64,000 nt of DNA from Protoeuglena noctilucae (Eukaryota). This document shows, in pieces, positions 60,811-64,000 of this stretch; the stretch's first letter is position 1, and each line of letters begins with the position of its first letter. A program made the position numbers and the translations under genes. The DNA is taken from positions 248,001 to 312,000 of the forward strand of contig OY253681.1 in assembly GCA_958009085.1 (NCBI GenBank), in the 5' to 3' direction. The notes beneath the pieces were generated by a model. It did not search any database. It worked only from the letters and a program-made list of their open reading frames with translations, and was not told the origin of the DNA.

Positions 60811-62861
60811 ATGTCCAGCGCATTGCGCGGCGCCCGAGGTTCGCAAGAGTCGCTGATTGAGCGACTCCGACGAGTTGCTGCGCGAGAAAGCGCCGAGGGC
60901 TGTTCCGGGGCGGCCAGCTTCGAGCTGCTGGACGCCCTGGCCCTTGCGAGCCGACACGATGGCGCGGAGGGCGTCGTGCGGGCGTTCTTGGCTGCAGAAA
61001 CAACGACGTCCGTTCCGGAGCGTCTCGTTGGATGCGTGGCGGCATGCGGAACGCTCGCTAACGACCCCGAGAACGGCGCATTGACGAAGGCCGCTAAGGT
61101 GCGGGGATGCACGGCAGTTTTGCATGTCGCGTGCGCACAATACCGCTACCCTCGGCGTCTCAGATTATTTTCATGTCTATCTTTTGTCGCTCCCGCAGGA
61201 TGCCGTCCTCCTTCTGGCCCGCGAGGCCCCGCACTCGGCCGAACTGTCGCGCGCACGTGCGGTGGCGTGCGCGGCCATCGCCGCGATCCCTGATGGACCA
61301 GCCCGGCTCGCTGCACCCGACGCTGACGCCTTCTTGGCTTTCTGCATGGATGGCCTCCTGCGAGGCGCGCTGGCGGTAGATACAGCCACCGACCCGGGTG
61401 CCGCAGCGAGGCTCCAGGCATCGCCGACCTTCACGCGCGCGGGCGCCGTGGCCGCTACGACGGTGGACGTCTTCTCCCGCAGCAGCTTTGCCGCGCAAGC
61501 ACAGGCCCTGCGCGCGCTGGCCGAGTGGGTGGAGGGCGTCAATGCGACTGTCGGCCCTGCGTGCGTCGCGGGGGACGGCGCAGCTCTGCAAGACCTCATT
61601 CGCGTCTCGCTTCTCGCTTCCGTCGCGATCCTGGACCGCGCCACGGCCGGCGAGGGATGGCAGGGACTCACTTACACGTTCCCCGAGACGTCTGCGCTTG
61701 CGGTGGCCACCCTCGCTGCCCTAGACCTGCAGGGCGCGGCCGGGGCGCCCGTGCGGCGCGTGCTGGACCGCGCCGAGCGATCGCTGGCGGCGTCGGCAGC
61801 CGCAGCGAGGGCTCTAGCGGCCCGCGTGCCTTGCACCGATGCCTTGGGGGCACCCGGGGTGGCTGGCAAGCATGAGGCGCGTGCCGGGGCGCGTGCGGCA
61901 GAGCGAGGCGTGGATTTGGCCCTGGCTGCGCGCGTCGCGGGGCTGCTGGAGGCGCTGGAGGGCTGCTGGCCCCTCGTCGACACGGCCGGACTGGCGGGGA
62001 GGGCGATACCCGCGGCGCTGCTGCTGCTGGGGTCTGAGGACGCTTGGGTCGCAGGGGCGGGCCACGGGCTGCTGCTGAGCATCGTCACGCATGAGGGTGG
62101 AGCTGGTGGCACTGAGGGTGGTAACGAGGGTGGGGGCGAGGGTGGCCGCGAGGGTGGCAGTGAGGGGGGCAAGCACTCTACAGTTCCCATCGCTGCTGCG
62201 TCGGTGGTGCCTGCCTATGCGACCCGCGCCATGAAGGTGCTGGACACAGGCGAGCACGGGGCGAGGTATCAGCCGTATGTCACTGTCATGGACTGCCAAC
62301 GCGCTTTAGCTTAAGCACTGTACTGTCTTGCCCCGCACGCAGTTGCCGCGGCAGACCGTCTGTCAGAGTTTCTGTGTCACGTGCTGGAACACCAAAGCAC
62401 GCGTGGCATGGGTCTCGTGGCCGTCCGAGAGCTGAGCGCCGCGGCTGCCTCTGGCGACGCGCGTGCGGTGGGGGCGGGGCGCGTGCTGGGGAGCGTGCTG
62501 CTTAGCGTGGCGTGGGAGTGGCTCCCTGGGGTGCTGGAGGAGCTGGGCAGGGCGCGGGGCGCGTGGGGGACGCCGGCGTGGCGGGCACTGCTGGAGGCGC
62601 TGGGGTGAGGACGATGCAATCGTGGGGTGTGCATGGGTTTGCATGCTGGGGTGAGGACAATGCATGGGGTGTGCATATGCTGGGGTGACGGCGTGGATGG
62701 TGCTGCATGCCATGTCGGGATGAGGATATGAATGGGTTGATGATGCAATCGTGACTGTCGTTGTCACCATTTGCAGTCGGCGCATGGCTGCGATGGACGA
62801 CATGCGGAAGAAGCCAGCCGTGGCGGCGTGGGCGCTGCAGCACGCGGGGAGCCTGCTGTGA
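60811..62861 (+). CDS. Uncharacterised helical (ARM-like) protein
   Basis: Long Ala/Leu-rich ORF 61198-62270 joined through GT-AG sites to terminal exon RRMAAMDDMRKKPAVAAWALQ. No firm family call. Confidence 0.6.
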
Positions 62862-63301
62862 GAGAGGGGGAGCTGCAACAGCGCACGGATGATGGACAAG
62901 CCTCTTTTTAGTGGTGGTTGGAACGGTTTGTTTTAGGTGGCTGAATGGGCATCGTTTGAATCGCACGTCACGCAGAGGGCGGCCAGAGCACGATCAATGA
63001 AGCAAATGCAAGGCGTAAGTAGTGGGCGAATCGATTTGAGAGAGAGAATGGCGCTGCGTAGAGTCGATGGGCGATCCAAACGAGGGCCGCTCTTCAGATT
63101 GTGCGGCGGCGCTTGGCCTCCCGCGCATGGCTGGCGCCCGACACACCCTTCACGAACACGCAGCTCGTGGAATCGAACCTGCGACGCAAAAGGCGGGAGA
63201 TATCAAGGATGACTCATTGCTCCCATGCGCCCCGCACATGGGCCGTCAGCGCCACAACCCACGCGCCCACCCGGCCCCAGCCAGGACCCCACCGGTGTGC
63301 C

Positions 63302-64000
63302 TCACATGAACTCCTCGCTTTCCCACGCGCGCTGCGTGCTCTCCGTGGCCTGGCGGAAGCCCAGCTTCTCCTTCCAGAGCTTGCCGTCGCCATAGTCCAC
63401 GTGCGCGAGGAACTTGTTGATGCCCAGCTTCCCCAGCGCCGGGTCCAGAATCTCCTCCAAAAAGGTCCTCACGGCCGCGTTCGCGCACCTGGGCTCGTCC
63501 AGGTGGATGGCCGCGGACAGCACGACGGCCGTGCTGGGCCCCGCGCCCGTCTTGACCACGGCCCACGAGATCGACCCGACGCAGACCACGGCTCCGCTGC
63601 GCTCCATGGTGATGGTCGCCGTGAAGCGCGGTGCATGGTCCCGCACCGGGAGGCACTTGACCATATAGTCGTGAAGGTGCAGATCGTAGAGCGTGCCGCC
63701 GGGCTCGCCGTCGTCCTGCGCGTCCCGGGGCAGCGCGACCTTGATGCGTGCCTTCAGCCCCGTCTTGAGCCGATGCGTCCCATCCGTGAGGCCGCAGAGC
63801 GCCCGGAGCGGCTCGGCCGCGGCGCCCATGCATGCCGGGCACAGGGGCAGGCGAAGCGTGGTCCGGGTGGCGTTGGCGACCACATCCAGTCCGCTTGGAG
63901 GATTGGGGAGGTCCCCGAGGCACAGGGAGCAGCGGGCGTCGCCATCCGCCGCGGGACCTGCGGGTGCGGGTCGGCCTGGTGAGGCCCACGTCCCAGCGGT
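63302..64000 (-). CDS. 3' part of a gene with a C-terminal GNAT-like domain (IDM1 C-terminus-like); continues beyond the window
   Basis: LCPAC, then MERSGAVVCVGSI...LGKLGINKFL....LWKEKLGF; acceptor near 63958. Confidence 0.5.
   Translation of the reverse strand, partial: TAGTWASPGRPAPAGPAADGDARCSLCLGDLPNPPSGLDVVANATRTTLRLPLCPACMGAAAEPLRALCGLTDGTHRLKTGLKARIKVALPRDAQDDGEPGGTLYDLHLHDYMVKCLPVRDHAPRFTATITMERSGAVVCVGSISWAVVKTGAGPSTAVVLSAAIHLDEPRCANAAVRTFLEEILDPALGKLGINKFLAHVDYGDGKLWKEKLGFRQATESTQRAWESEEFM

Noticed and set aside
39562..62861. Introner-like mobile introns
   Set aside because: I saw no shared sequence between different introns; the repeats are local self-copies.
1..64000. Hundreds of overlapping Arg/Pro/Ala-rich six-frame ORFs
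   Set aside because: Expected shadow ORFs in high-GC DNA; the real genes are explained by spliced models.

Overview
Gene-dense, very GC-rich eukaryotic nuclear DNA with many short spliceosomal introns. It is inferred to come from a flagellated green alga (Chlorophyta): algal-type rbcS, the plastid PSRP-7/EF-Ts polyprotein and CCDC40. About 24 intron-containing genes were reconstructed by hand: PETs, NSRP1, RPA43, a 2OG-Fe(II) oxygenase, tRNase Z, an S1 protein, RidA, mitochondrial-type L23 and L9, PheRS-alpha, RBCS, YKT6, TBP, a Pro-rich/Ig-like multipass membrane protein, an SfsA-HMG fusion, an SSNA1-like protein, TAF5, an ABCA transporter, an RPA34-like protein, an ATP6AP2-like protein, CCDC40, YgfZ, an unknown helical protein and a partial GNAT-like gene. 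No RNA genes, CRISPR arrays or mobile elements were recognised. Best leads: (1) an SfsA PD-(D/E)XK nuclease spliced in frame to an HMG box; (2) introns carrying repeated copies of their own exon ends and splice junctions; (3) a very high frequency of GC-AG introns (about 20 inferred, 4 of 8 in PheRS); (4) a spliced in-frame ORF behind the TAG of the ATP6AP2-like gene (readthrough or bicistron); (5) near-identical tandem EF-Ts domains. All family calls are by motif recognition from memory. No searches were run, and exon boundaries are inferred rather than transcript-verified.
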